Virus record (IMG/VR): IMGVR_UViG_3300026183_000827
Length of the DNA stretch: 64,000 nucleotides
Reading direction: 5' to 3' (one strand)
DNA from: a virus
Position numbers and translations under genes: made by a program. Every line of letters begins with the position of its first letter. The stretch's first letter is position 1. The notes under the pieces were generated by a model. The model searched no databases. It was not told the DNA's origin and saw nothing but the letters and a program-made list of their open reading frames with translations. Shown here one piece after another: positions 40,501 through 47,738 of this stretch.

Positions 40501-41048
40501 GCAACATTATCGCCCTGGTCTTCTAAAGTAACTGTGTATGTACTTGTAATATCTCTCGATTGTCCCCTTACAGGAACACTCATAGGACCATTTGGCAGCC
40601 AATAGTAGTCTCTAAAATTTGTAAACGTATCCCAATTGATATGCGGAGTCCAACTATAAGTATCTACTGTATTAAGAGAATTATGATTATTTGTATCTGC
40701 GCCAAAATATCTTAAAATGTTTATGTAGTCTTTGTAATCTTTTAAAAAATCTACATTTTCTAAATTATCACGTATAACTACTGATGGCTCTAGTTGATAG
40801 TTTTCTCTATCGTTACTAATTTCTGGTATATAACTATCTGTAGACTTATAAGAACTAGTATACTTTCTACCTACATAGCCATCTACTTTTTCGGCAGCGC
40901 CGTCTGATATTAACTGATCTAAAGTACCTTGTAGAAACTTTCTGTTAGCTTCTGTTCTAAAGAACTTAGGTAAAAAATCTATTGACTTTTTCTTTTTACT
41001 ATTAGGCGTTGGTAAAGCACTTTCGTTTTGATTGTTATTATAAGCCAT
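25542..41048 (-). CDS. Giant (5168 aa) baseplate wedge / virion structural protein
   Basis: Uninterrupted ORF coupled (TAATG) to the gp6-like gene, in the gp7 position. Contains PGxGY..P repeats, FG-GAP-like propeller motifs and CBM5/12-like repeats. Confidence 0.7.
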   Translation of the reverse strand: MAYNNNQNESALPTPNSKKKKSIDFLPKFFRTEANRKFLQGTLDQLISDGAAEKVDGYVGRKYTSSYKSTDSYIPEISNDRENYQLEPSVVIRDNLENVDFLKDYKDYINILRYFGADTNNHNSLNTVDTYSWTPHINWDTFTNFRDYYWLPNGPMSVPVRGQSRDITSTYTVTLEDQGDNVAYVFNDGFTRNPKLKLYRGQTYRFEIDTPGHPLAFSISRTFIPGLALLVAGREGIRSDGLYGADLYGNEYDIGDFIITPDAGSVTFEADENVSTLYNDGITKFNEDGDEVAVVYVEKGTIEFTIPANAPDRLFYISQNDVNTSGQIRVFDVEENTFLNIDTDILGKKYYQSSNGVDFTNGLLVRFQGTVVPEKYNEGNWYVEGVGENIKLISQRELVIPSAYTDNIQVPFDSEEFDVSPFATANNYPLEKDYLIINRASQDKNPWTRNNRWFHKDVILKSFEYNNIAENLDDNFRAKRPIIEFNAGLKLFNYGTFAKQDVDLLDNFTTDVFSTIQGSQGYIIDGVELAQGMRVLFRADTDQLVSGKIYEVKFITIGTERIINLVETADSTPLDLENVFVKLGEVYSGKTFHYHENMWIAAQEKLAVNQPPLFDLCCPQGNEYSNTTIFESSTFSGTKIFSYKEGTGTVDNELGFALQYRNIENTGDILFEFNLLTDVFSYQNDEDLIEVPTSTSNLRKYSDRTTFKYVNGWNSTPSRFTQYVIRDIEVTDNLTNNFAVDVYNKPHLLEDLKIKVYVNNKLQLKNTDYNIVKTENKVLVSFVNDLTIGDYLKLKLHSSADKNQNGYYELPISLERNPLNEDINQFTLGEVYDHVDSMIEDLQSFTGTYPGTSNLRDLGNISQFGKRFVKHEAGLANAIYHLTNKKYNLIKAVEYSTLEYNKAKKILVDTASSLGFDGTPKAHVDKILKEINKDKADSQPFYFSDMLAYGDANRIEYNVIDKEINLFPLTTAFSMSTLSEKAITVYLNNKILVHGRDYNFNEDGFIEIIAAKENGDTIEIYEYNNTDGSFIAPTPSKLGLYPSWYPEVFIDDTGIDETSLTISGPFKIYGEVEVGQLKNSFGWTYPVYTSKNAAETADSNNGGNGASQAVWFKGLNTKFYLPETNANYSKDSNPEDYDEYPIGVAFIRGHDGSQVACYKDFRDSLIIEFEKRIFSNIKISYDDNEFDIFNFTGGDFRGYQNTLEKQNNLLLTDFTRWQANIAADYSSNSFYDRNNGFTFNYSESNNPDGKALPGFWRGIYNQAFDTDRPHTNPWEMLGFRNKPTWWNDVYGPAPYTSNNLVLWEDLENGRIADPNNSRIDERFKRPNLRSFIPVDQTGKLLPPVNINYVKGFVQRYASKSYAFGDYSPIETAWRKSSDYPFALLKSMLLINPAETIAKGFDLSRFTKNLAGQNTYKDSGTFFRNKDIVFPNTYADNIRNTTCGLVNYIYNLLASDILTVYSDYQNEVTALETNLSFRLGGFSDKQKLNLILESKSPNQDKGSTGIFVPQENYNLVYNVSSPIDNFVYSGVVIEKTPAGFKVTGYNPKIPFFQYYKPLVGSTSYILSVGGISEQFSEWSEQTPYKKGQVVFHLNTYYRATQDFTSGGIFETDFLAKLPALPSIGGRTAEFYKNFNNNKVEKLPYGSILTSIQEVVDFLTGYGNYLTTQGFVFDDVTDETVNDWVSVTKEFMFWTTQGWANGTIISLSPAANKLFFKSNYSVVDDVFDSFYNTSIVSSNGQTLDRNFNSVVREDNSFGLEIKDTDFGLYGASLPIVQKEHVVVLSNTTIFNDVIYHPASGYRQQRIKVNGYRSEDWNGGLNIPGFLYDNAIVKDFENYKDYKIGDLIKFKEYYYVAKENIQGSTSVDYNQWYKLNEKPVPDLLTNFDYRINQFNDFYDTNTSSFDQSLHNLASRLIGFQKRDYLSNLIVDDVSQLKFYKGYIQEKGTKNSLSKLFAPLTASGEESLEYFEEWAIRSGIYGSSESIQQIELNLEEKKMISSPQPVEFVDNLPAEQFDNIFRVLPSDLLDRPQEYTSSVFPVLSQSKEYIKSSGYVSEDDIDFESYTIDDLALGNVNVFRLGGYLHLTNQENENWTVYQHIDTNLNVTELTEANTLNDAGELIYELSMDKWLDNTLSIGDLIAIRGAQEFELNGFYKIVDINLNIAKIKVPIENDISGFLEQSFAVSKLREVRLDDTTNLNDIVNEKLYNEQKVWIDNYDNTNNWAVLKNNSVYSYLETYNNPSDWDSTIQNFTGVMTVTDDNNNLFVSASGDETGKIYVYRRSKENANLILQQVIDFTETKNSYQDSFENFGSSIDVSEDGEYLAIGIPNMSGIKTKFLGNFDPTVEYSKHDIVKFRESFWKANTTVNPEVGTQTFSTFDSYINLVSSDTSDSTSLQLLVAGKFGLPTNGIDHLLVRAPLDMYLATKGRIDGASGDKVNLSWNQRSYAYPTLDNYLPFDDQIPEITKEFITQEHEIVEKIDAIVYIDTFVSLPEVGDTIESDTGSGEVFYVASYRDSAVLYLKNINGIFNVTDEIFVQSTGNFIGFYTQESTYSTSPDIGGFWYIETGFEYANNGRYLDIGRGLVYADVRPAENDDADRPFVYYNIQDTVGNIGEFVLEKNRVSYISNLSYDGDSGPELSNLWVVRVGKSFQDYLTSISAFDSQGSADNKTLQFTFFDSENTGINLESTGFELDQMNGSQQIYDIWDGYIDFEFTEFDFLGNPYEPVVGDIIEDVQIPRDGSGGLALTSTSTSTAEVVFYKKQFNSVRVYLKVLSGSWNQLNNIGRFQVRRKANEDARGPGDVDRVMGTIDDPNNDIVLGTNLVGDLLVFQKDTPFDVVSTPEIFDGEYYFYDETIEGGISIPASPPYNLNKNWTQVYNIPADERGTSSGLDNEGAVVIYRRQPNAVYEFDYMLTSQYKFANRQFGDEVKIRKQGNTYVLLVGSKGDLDPTTRSDPGSIEIFVTGPETTDVFKKDYQATSYNEGDVVIYKDKYYRANKDTDDSSQLNILDPIVWTNISWRYGVDDNYRGEWDNSFPYEINSIVLKDNSFYVAKTNIATGTEFSDTYWEVTDNNFDYLGYLPNLTNNAFFNEDVFDPATNIIEFSENFDVSKNGEVLVVTVKLESTDSTSNKRLAIYRKENNKYKLYQTISAPISGYDLKDHDLDKFLKDGDGWIYTDSEGNIVTSETGSRTQNLDATPDLYIDRTNWAQSVVIKPDGRQIAVSVPSDDSRKYGQGAVLIYTQVNGEFELSQTIYSPADEVAENFGYQIAFTNENLAVTSLNGDQTIPTTFDNQSTTFDLEFTAFRNIKIDSGVIYVYENLNNSYTYSEKFRFDNATVEFGKRLLAKDNHVYVGMPFYNSNDSKGMFVDYRKPKTKLAWNLYKEIVNPVNLDLIEGAFVYNKTTNRIVSYIDYIDPIQGKIAGPAEQEITFKTQTDPAFYNVGTTSDREYDPNQTWFDEHVGQVWWNISTARFKYPYQGNIFEQKNNWSVLTEGASINVYEWIESDYLPSQWSNLADTEEGIKLGISGQSLYGDTKYSTKLIYDEVSQIFSTKYYYWVESKRTVPDIENRNLSIFEIVNLIERPRENGYRYISFLGADRIVLNNFENILSGDDLVLNIKYKPQATKDSNLHKEFKLIADGDANSKLDVDIERKWFDSLIGFDTNNRPVPDIKLPETQKYGILNMPRQSMFVNRIEALKQTIERINIIFKDLLIVDDYNTARLFETDLAPTLISSKYDLSVDTVEELQYVSTNNLSPAKLIPIISNGELVRVEIESPGRGYKTVPTININGSGVDAEIKLQINNLGSVISAEVTNTGKNYTNQTTISVRRFSVLVNADSTAKNLWSIYGYNEIDKTWFRTSTQGYDVPKYWNYIDWYAPGYNQFTKINYEIDESYELQELEPEFNSIIKIKSIGSSGWLLLKRIGTTDNEDYTVDYETIGRENGTIQFTSNLYNIQQSTVGYDNRSFDSTLYDTNPAKELRIIFEALRDDIFINELAVEYNQLFLSSLRYVVAEQPLLDWAFKTSFIKINHKLGELDQPATFKKDSLEYFENYVKEVKPYKTNIREFVASYDKTDPTNSVVTDFDAAPFYNTTTNQIETIKTTVFDGALLQVDNILQEYPRKYFADNLGAELSEIKIKNPGSGYIFPPKVIIEDSSNSGATAEAFIGYGKVTAIKVRNPGGRFITPPKITLEGAQTEDGTPATAFAILGKSLVRTPSIKVKFDRVSGEYFIEDLAVSETFTASGVDTIFDLKWPIDVRKNKIKVFVDDQEMLKSTYQVSNREIIDQYTKNKGRLTFNNAPTGNSVIRIEYYKPLEFLEAADRIKFAYNPTDNMFGKELNQLMTGIDYGGVEVKSFDFGGPSGWDSQPWFTDAWDVYENTFEDEVFVSDGSTIAVELRAPLEEGIVYNLYKNGVRIDDPNYGTEDQTNAYAIVNSITGDGTTTIIETSNLGINLNDGDIFIVRKITSDGSITPDLASYDTALEGGDLAYTTAAGINAEEIITDGDLFVSTSRAKTEELVPGSMFDTLDIKVYTKESGNQGLIICNNIETDITGTFTYNFGLLPGSKDSILVKYDGNVLSKDQYTIDWPNKQLSLEVESNKQLSIILQEQSTSTSVMYSDEITVEETEQYDFVIDYTWDDSLSLSVTVNGELQNITVFDYSTEVAGDNRTAFRLENAATQGQIINYTIFSNNETVDFSQVLTDEFTANGITQTYALSSAPFYSLPTEHNIIVRVDQNILNSGYSRNFTIPESNQREYQLELFQQPAGSLSAEGLKVFLNGEEIFTPEQWRLDIANSSVILGDEYGLPGDNIEIYNISESEYSISGNEVILKDLPGVNSKVYVYQFSNHNLKDIEKIQYDVVKRETLINDEETNTYNRLTAGEILLRKPALDAQYVWITKNSELLIPSVDYYVTDNRTKIQLVEVPAANDVIEVIHFAAEISQDGFSYRQFKDILNRTHFKRLDASTAKLAQPLNYYDLRIEVDNGIDLPVPDKGKNMPGIIFINGERIEYFVKEDNTLRQIRRGTLGTGVPTVHNLGTKVYNQNIEKTVPYKDQNLVANITADGIVSTFNIGYNIESINEIEVFAAGKRLRKNSISVFDPTIDIDSPNGDITIEAEFSVDVDNNSITLLNTPTENSRITIIKKQGQSWTKEEETLGDAQNSIARFLRAGTYEHPE

Positions 41049-44000
41049 TAGTAACTGTTGCCTCCGCTAGAATTTGTATCTCGACTTTGTACTCCGTAAT
41101 TAGATTCTGAAGCACTTGTGATAGTATTGCCCGATGCTTGAAGTTGTGTTGCAGTAAGTTCTTCTATGATTTCAACATCAAAAACGTTTGCTCCGCTTAT
41201 AAAAATTTCATCAGGTTCGGATCTTATTTCAAACAAACTACCAAAACTCTGACTTCCTTGTCTTGGTACAATGACAATACTTACTAATTTAGGTGTTAAT
41301 TGGTTCATAATATATGCTGCTAATTCTTGAAAATAAAATGTTTCACCAAAGTCCCAATTTTCAATTGCAAAAAATCTATCTATTGCACTTATAACATCTG
41401 CTTTTAATTCATTATCATTAACAACTACATCTTTATTTCTTACAATTTTAAATATTACTTGTAAATCTTCTTTTGCTTTTTCACCAAAAAGAACTTTATA
41501 CTTCACAGGATGATAAATTACTTCATCACTAATGGATTTAATTTTTGCAATTTCAGAACCAAAGTTTCTATATAATTCATCATTGCTTTGAGGTAATGGC
41601 AATTTACTAATTGTTCCGTTTAGATATTTTCTAATATTAGTATCATAAGTTTTTGTCAACAAATAGGTATCAATTATATTACTAACAGCAGGGTCAATTC
41701 TGTAATTGCTATCAGCAACATGAGTATATTCAAAACGTAGATTATCTCTGCCAATATATGCTTTATAAGTATCTATAATAGTAAGATTATTTAATACAGC
41801 ATTTAATTGTTTAAAAACTTTTTCCTCATACAAGTAGAAAATTTGGTTTTCGTTTTCGTATTGACTATAAGCGCCAATTGCTGCTTCATTAGTTTTGATT
41901 AAAATAGTATTATTAGCATTATCAAAATATCTATATTCTTCTACACCATCTGCTGTTGTATACTTTCTTAAAAATATTAATTTTGTTTGTTCGTCCGTAG
42001 TAGGTTCTACTATTTCATTAAATAAGTCAGGATTATCAATTACATTATCGTCATCAAGATCATGAAATTCTACTTGAATTTTTCTTGTATCAACATAGCC
42101 TTCTTTATCTCTATAAGCATCACTTATATTCCAATCAAAGTTCTTAGTGAAAGGAATATTAGTTCCAGGTTTAGAATTAATATTTAGAATTTTAACTAAA
42201 TCTCTAACAATTTTTCCTGTTTTAGGATCATATATTTTATCTGCACTGTCAAAAAAGAATCTAACTTCGTCTGCACTTTCAAAAACATATCGTAAATTTC
42301 TAGTTGTGAGTGTGTATTTTTCTCCGTTAGTTTTAAAATACATAAGCCAACTTGAATCTAAATTTTGTGCTGTTATATCTCCTGCTTTACCTAAAGAAAA
42401 GTCATTTATTGTATTAATATTTTCAGCAAGTACTAATTTCCATTCAGAATTATTTCTGTCATATCTCAACGCAAAGTCTTTGTATGCAAACGCTTGGTCA
42501 ATGATTTGAATTTTAAGATCATTAGAAAAAAATGTGCTCAGTAATGGAACAATTTGTGATAGCAAACTTCCGGTAGGAATAGCATCACTAAGTGTAATTC
42601 CGCCTGTATTATTTTCAGAATCTATTGTTGTTCCGTCATCTACAACATTAGTCACCTTTGTCCATCTATATGTTGAACTCCCTGGATGATCTGCTGCGCC
42701 TGCCATTAATGTACCATCTTCCATAAAATGATAGCCTTCTGGTGCAGTAAATTTTAAAAGCGAACCTATTTTTATTGTTTTTAAATTATTTGCTGTAAAT
42801 GTGCCGACTGGAAATTTATTTCCATCAATATCTTCTAATGTTCCGATATTTCTATTAGTACTCTGACTAAAACTATTCCAGTAAGAATTTAGATCTGATA
42901 CTAATAAATTAGAAAATTCACTTGTATAGAAGTTTTTTAAATTACTAGATCTTACTATACCTTGTAAAGTATTAACAATAACTCCTTCTATGTCACTTTG
43001 AGTAGTAAAAGTAAAGTCTTGTTTTGTTAAAAAAATGTCTTTATATAATACTCCATCATCGGCATACAATTTTGTTGTACTATATTTTCCGCTTGGATCT
43101 TTGATATCTAAGTATCTACTAATACCACTAGAAATTCTATTAACACTTTTTGTTTTGATTATCTCTTGGCTTATTGCTAGCGGACCTACATTATAATCCT
43201 CGCCAGTTATAAGTCTATTCTGAGTATAATAAGTAGTTGGAGCATTTAATTTTATATCTGCGTTAGTTTCTGCACCAGTACCATTTGTAATAGTATATTG
43301 TAACCTTAAACCTAAAGTAAGTGTTTCCTGTGAACCAGAACGGCTTTGATAAGGAATACTAATATTCACATTACCTATAGATCCTGGTGCTACGGCTAGT
43401 GATTTATTAATACTAGTACGGTAATAAACTTTAAAGTTGCCGCTTGGTAAATTGCCAAATACGCCGTCACTAAAAACTAAGTTTATTCTATCTCCAATTC
43501 TACTTTCTACTGAAAATATATTTCTTACTTGATTAAACAAACTATTATAGATAATATTATTACCTTCTGTTGAACTTAGTTTTGTCCACGCATTTGTTTC
43601 GAAACCATTTGAATCAATATTATAGAGCCAAACGTCAGTCTCATTTATATTAGATGCATCAATAGCAACTACTTGGTTAGGAACAGGATTTTTTACATTA
43701 AATGTTCCAGTTTGTAGTGCACCTTGTCTAATGTGCATAAAGAAACCTGTGTTCGAACTGCCTGGTCCTTGTCCGTCATCTCTAAACAAAAATGCAGGAC
43801 TTGTTCCTGGAAGTGGTGTTTCTTCTTTTATTATTGTATTTTCTATATCAGTGCTTACTATTTCAAATCTTACACTATCGCCTTCAATTGTTTTTGTAAA
43901 TGGAAAAATTGGTGTGTCTGTATTAGTAGCATTAAATCTATATTTTTGGGTTTGTATGCCTTCAATGTTAGCACTTTTTAAAGGATTGCCAATAGAATTA

Positions 44001-44500
44001 TTTACAGGCAATGCTGCATTTAAAATCTTTGTAAATTGCTCAAAGTAATTATTATTTGACGTATCGTTCCACTTTACAACATTATTTGATAAATTTATAC
44101 CAGAGCTGTCAAACAATGCTTCTGTAGTTTTTACAGAGGTAACCTTTAACAAACCATTAGCTGCTTGATTCCTACGAGGATTGTAAGAAAGCATTTTTGC
44201 AAGTCTTAGTATACTTTCTCTGCGTTCTGCTGTTTCAAGAAAATTTTCTCTAGCGTTTAAATCGATACGGAATGATAAGTTTTGCCCAAGGAAAGCAATC
44301 ATGTCAATAAGTGCAAGGTATTCTGAAGATTCAATGTAATCGTTAAAATCTTCTGGATAATTTTGACGCAAGTAGTTAATCATCGCACGGCGAAGATTAT
44401 CAAAATCATAACTTTGGAAATCTGCATTCCTAAAGCTTTGGTAAATTCTTTTCCAATCCTCAGCTACAAGTAGCCTAGACTGCCTATCACTTGAAGACAT
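41048..44500 (-). CDS. gp6: Baseplate wedge subunit, T4 gp6-like
   Basis: DFDNLRRAM..YL, ENFLETAERRESILRLAKML.Y.P, FSDGVFGNLP and QNRLITGEDY motifs. Confidence 0.8.
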   Translation of the reverse strand: MSSSDRQSRLLVAEDWKRIYQSFRNADFQSYDFDNLRRAMINYLRQNYPEDFNDYIESSEYLALIDMIAFLGQNLSFRIDLNARENFLETAERRESILRLAKMLSYNPRRNQAANGLLKVTSVKTTEALFDSSGINLSNNVVKWNDTSNNNYFEQFTKILNAALPVNNSIGNPLKSANIEGIQTQKYRFNATNTDTPIFPFTKTIEGDSVRFEIVSTDIENTIIKEETPLPGTSPAFLFRDDGQGPGSSNTGFFMHIRQGALQTGTFNVKNPVPNQVVAIDASNINETDVWLYNIDSNGFETNAWTKLSSTEGNNIIYNSLFNQVRNIFSVESRIGDRINLVFSDGVFGNLPSGNFKVYYRTSINKSLAVAPGSIGNVNISIPYQSRSGSQETLTLGLRLQYTITNGTGAETNADIKLNAPTTYYTQNRLITGEDYNVGPLAISQEIIKTKSVNRISSGISRYLDIKDPSGKYSTTKLYADDGVLYKDIFLTKQDFTFTTQSDIEGVIVNTLQGIVRSSNLKNFYTSEFSNLLVSDLNSYWNSFSQSTNRNIGTLEDIDGNKFPVGTFTANNLKTIKIGSLLKFTAPEGYHFMEDGTLMAGAADHPGSSTYRWTKVTNVVDDGTTIDSENNTGGITLSDAIPTGSLLSQIVPLLSTFFSNDLKIQIIDQAFAYKDFALRYDRNNSEWKLVLAENINTINDFSLGKAGDITAQNLDSSWLMYFKTNGEKYTLTTRNLRYVFESADEVRFFFDSADKIYDPKTGKIVRDLVKILNINSKPGTNIPFTKNFDWNISDAYRDKEGYVDTRKIQVEFHDLDDDNVIDNPDLFNEIVEPTTDEQTKLIFLRKYTTADGVEEYRYFDNANNTILIKTNEAAIGAYSQYENENQIFYLYEEKVFKQLNAVLNNLTIIDTYKAYIGRDNLRFEYTHVADSNYRIDPAVSNIIDTYLLTKTYDTNIRKYLNGTISKLPLPQSNDELYRNFGSEIAKIKSISDEVIYHPVKYKVLFGEKAKEDLQVIFKIVRNKDVVVNDNELKADVISAIDRFFAIENWDFGETFYFQELAAYIMNQLTPKLVSIVIVPRQGSQSFGSLFEIRSEPDEIFISGANVFDVEIIEELTATQLQASGNTITSASESNYGVQSRDTNSSGGNSY

Positions 44501-44522
44501 ATCTTAATTCCTTATTATAGAG

Positions 44523-44530
44523 TATTTATA
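44523..44530 (-). promoter_or_regulatory. T4-type late promoter
   Basis: Exact TATAAATA on the minus strand, upstream of the gp6-like gene. Confidence 0.7.
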
Positions 44531-44550
44531 TGAATTAATAATGTGCGTGT

Positions 44551-44994
44551 TTAATTTCTTAAACTTAGCCCAACTGTCTGGTCGAATGTAAAACGCATTT
44601 CTTCACTGATAGCATAGTCAAGAAATGTAACTGTTGCTGTAATTTGAATGCCATTATCGTAAGTATCTACGATAACATTTTCTGCTTGTACACGAGGATC
44701 ATAATTTATGATAAAAGTTACATTTTCAATAATAGCTTTTTGCAAAGCAGGAGTAAACGGTTCAAACAATATATCCCATATAATACAACCAAAAGAAGGA
44801 TCACCTAGTTTTTCACCTTGTCTAATATGAAAATGATTTACAATATCTTGTTTAATTAATTCATGATCGTAAAGATTAAAACCTTTATTAGAATCGCCAG
44901 AATAAAACCCTCTGTAGGATTTTGAAGGTTTAGGTTGTATATTAGTACTTGGAACTTGTACTCTTTTATATAGATTTTGTTCTAATTCACTCAT
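44551..44994 (-). CDS. gp25: Baseplate wedge subunit, T4 gp25-like
   Basis: IRQGEKLGDPSFGC.I...LFEP and YDPRV motifs. Confidence 0.85.
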   Translation of the reverse strand: MSELEQNLYKRVQVPSTNIQPKPSKSYRGFYSGDSNKGFNLYDHELIKQDIVNHFHIRQGEKLGDPSFGCIIWDILFEPFTPALQKAIIENVTFIINYDPRVQAENVIVDTYDNGIQITATVTFLDYAISEEMRFTFDQTVGLSLRN

Positions 44995-45005
44995 ATTGTA
45001 TTTAC

Positions 45006-47738
45006 CTACTGTACATTAGACGTTCCGTCACTATTTTGAGGACCTGGATTATTAGTATTTTCTGGTGTTGTAGGTGATTCTTGTTCCTCCTCTTCAGACA
45101 ATTCTTTAGAAGGAGCAATATAGTAGTCTCTGCCCCTTGGGTCACCTTCTGTATGCACTTGTGTATCTGTACTAGGACCTTGCGGAATAATACCTGCTGG
45201 GAATCTATAATTGCCGCCTTCATTAGCTGCTGTACTAAAGTGCATTGCATCGTCTATTCTTGTCCATGCGCCGCCCCATCCTAAACCAAACTGTTTAGCT
45301 AATTCGCCTACTCCTGCAGGCATATCGGTTTTTGGAGCATCAGGTGGACGTGGACTGAATAGTCCATTTGGAGATGTATTTCTTACTGGATTTGGCGGGT
45401 TGATGTCAATTGCTGCGCCGCTAGCGTGTGTACTATATCTGCTAGAATTACCAATTTTGCGCTTACAATAACCTAATAATGTTTTAATTTCATAACCACT
45501 ATCTTCTAGTGCATCAATAAAGCCTTGGAAGTTAGGAACCCAAATTTCTGCAACTTGTGCAGTAAGTCCGCGTTTCTTACTTGTAATAGTTCCAAGAGGA
45601 CCGTCACCTTTAAAGAATCTATTACAGTAACTACCGTCACCTCTAGTAGTATCAATCTCAAAATTTTCTATATATCTAAGTTCGTTTGACCCAGGAACAT
45701 TTTCAGGCGGAACTACTTCACCATTTATAATTGCTCCGTCACCTGTAGTTCCATAATCATTAGTTCCTGATGACCCTAAAACTTGCGAACTTTGTTGTAT
45801 ATTAGATTTTGATTTTGTAAATGTATCAGGTGTAAGTATTCTATCTGAAGGAGTTAATTGTCCTGGAGATTCTCTATCTGTCTGTTCTGGTTTAAGACCT
45901 ACCGGATCCATGTTTTCATGCATTGGCCATGGTTCGTGTTGTGGAGCTCGTGTAAGTATACTTTCGTAAGGAACAGTATCTTGTGACCCAGGAAAAGTAT
46001 AAGGTAATACAATTTGTGTTAAAGGAGTAACATAATCCGCAGGTTTGGCTTCTGTTGCTGCGGTTGCACTTAATGCTGTAGTTGCTGCTTCGCCTGCAAC
46101 TGCTTTTCCTGTATTCCAAGATATTTTTGTCGCATCACCTGCAATAGCTGTTCCGCCTAACATATTAATTCCACTAGCTGCTTCAAAATGTTGTGAATCT
46201 GATTGTATGTCAAATGCACCCGAAACAGTGGTATGTTGAGCACCTTGAGTTATTGTGTCAAAATTTGCTGCACTTAGTATTTTTGTGTCTGCAAGTGATG
46301 TTAAATTTATACCTTCTGCTTTATTAAAATAGCTGCCAGTAGCAAGATCGTTTATATTACTAGCACTTTCTCTATAAAATGTATGTGCAGATTTTTGATG
46401 GAAACCACCTTTAGAAGTATCAAATATATTCCCTGATGTTTTATGGTAATTTCCTTTTATAGAAACATATTCATCTTCTTCAACTTTGATATTACTAGTA
46501 CCTAACACATTTCTTCTATATGTTTCGCCTACTAATATATTTGTATCATATTTACTTTCTATTTGTATTCTTCCGCACTCCAATCCATCCATTGTTTTTT
46601 GGCCGTCACTAAATCGTGCTTGTGCTCGCATATTGATATTACGTCCTGCATCAATATTAAAATCTCTTTCAGCAGTAAAATTAATATCTTGGTTACTCAT
46701 AACACTTATACTATCATCTGCATGTATATCAATTTTTCCGTCTGATGTTAATTCAATCCAAGCTGTTCCGCGACTGTTTGATATGTAGATTAGATCTTCT
46801 GAATTATGTAAAAGTATTTGATGCCCAGTTCTAGTACGTATTCTAAATAATTCGTTTTGAGGGATAGTTTCATCGCCGCCCGGATAGTTTGCACCTTTGT
46901 TTACATATCTTGGAGGACCGTCTTCTGCATGTGTTTCTCTTACAAATCTTTCATCGCCATCGTCCATAACTATAGACGAGCCGCCAAGTCTGTTGTATGG
47001 TAATTCTACTTTTTTACCATCTGGACCTATTTCAAATTTTGGAGATTTTTTGCGTTTATCTCTAGGACCAGGAGTACTCCATCCAAACACCATACTTGGA
47101 AAATCTCGTCTAGCACTAGAAGTTGTTGTTCCTCTTGCTTCGTCTAGTAATAATCCTTGTACTTCTAACACCTGTGTAAAATCTTTATTGTACGGTTTAT
47201 TAAAAAGTGTAGGATCTACTTTTTCACCAGTTTCAACTAGCTTATTGTATTCACCTACAGGTAATTTTGCTCCTTTTAAGTGCTCTGGAGTATTTTCTGT
47301 TGTTAACGATGTTGCAGCACGACCATCAGGAATCATAAAATTCATATAATCGTCTTGTATGCAACCTATCCAATATCCAAAGTTTTTATTGCCTTCTGCA
47401 AATATTACTAAACATTTTGTACCTACATCTGGGGGTACTGCCCAAAACCCATAACTTTTTTGTGTATATTCATACCCGTCATTTTCAGTTAAACCTGCGC
47501 TGGGTGTTGCTCCATAAAATGGACTAAGGTATCTTACAGTTTCTAATTGCCCGCTTCTTTCTGGTAGATTTCCTGCAGAAGTATAATTTAATAATTCAAC
47601 TTCGAGTGTACCCATAGTGTTTACATCTAGATTATTAACTACCACAGCTTCATAAGGAACTCCTGCCTTTATTGGAGGCAATTCTCTAGTACTTCTAGTG
47701 TATGTTGTACCTTTTCTTGGTGGTTCGTTTCTAGCCAT
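45006..47738 (-). CDS. gp5: Baseplate hub/spike gp5-like protein with C-terminal M15 zinc peptidase
   Basis: OB-fold region (PPDVGTKCLVIF), RTRTGHQILL, beta-helix repeats and PQHEPWPMHE, then STHASGAAID...GLGWGGAW..DAMHF. The ATG at 47738 (TAATG coupling) is the likely start. Confidence 0.75.
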   Translation of the reverse strand: MARNEPPRKGTTYTRSTRELPPIKAGVPYEAVVVNNLDVNTMGTLEVELLNYTSAGNLPERSGQLETVRYLSPFYGATPSAGLTENDGYEYTQKSYGFWAVPPDVGTKCLVIFAEGNKNFGYWIGCIQDDYMNFMIPDGRAATSLTTENTPEHLKGAKLPVGEYNKLVETGEKVDPTLFNKPYNKDFTQVLEVQGLLLDEARGTTTSSARRDFPSMVFGWSTPGPRDKRKKSPKFEIGPDGKKVELPYNRLGGSSIVMDDGDERFVRETHAEDGPPRYVNKGANYPGGDETIPQNELFRIRTRTGHQILLHNSEDLIYISNSRGTAWIELTSDGKIDIHADDSISVMSNQDINFTAERDFNIDAGRNINMRAQARFSDGQKTMDGLECGRIQIESKYDTNILVGETYRRNVLGTSNIKVEEDEYVSIKGNYHKTSGNIFDTSKGGFHQKSAHTFYRESASNINDLATGSYFNKAEGINLTSLADTKILSAANFDTITQGAQHTTVSGAFDIQSDSQHFEAASGINMLGGTAIAGDATKISWNTGKAVAGEAATTALSATAATEAKPADYVTPLTQIVLPYTFPGSQDTVPYESILTRAPQHEPWPMHENMDPVGLKPEQTDRESPGQLTPSDRILTPDTFTKSKSNIQQSSQVLGSSGTNDYGTTGDGAIINGEVVPPENVPGSNELRYIENFEIDTTRGDGSYCNRFFKGDGPLGTITSKKRGLTAQVAEIWVPNFQGFIDALEDSGYEIKTLLGYCKRKIGNSSRYSTHASGAAIDINPPNPVRNTSPNGLFSPRPPDAPKTDMPAGVGELAKQFGLGWGGAWTRIDDAMHFSTAANEGGNYRFPAGIIPQGPSTDTQVHTEGDPRGRDYYIAPSKELSEEEEQESPTTPENTNNPGPQNSDGTSNVQ

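Noticed and set aside
45002-45250. 82-aa same-strand alternate-frame ORF at the end of gp5
   Set aside because: It is nested in the M15 peptidase coding region, with no RBS or slippery-site support.
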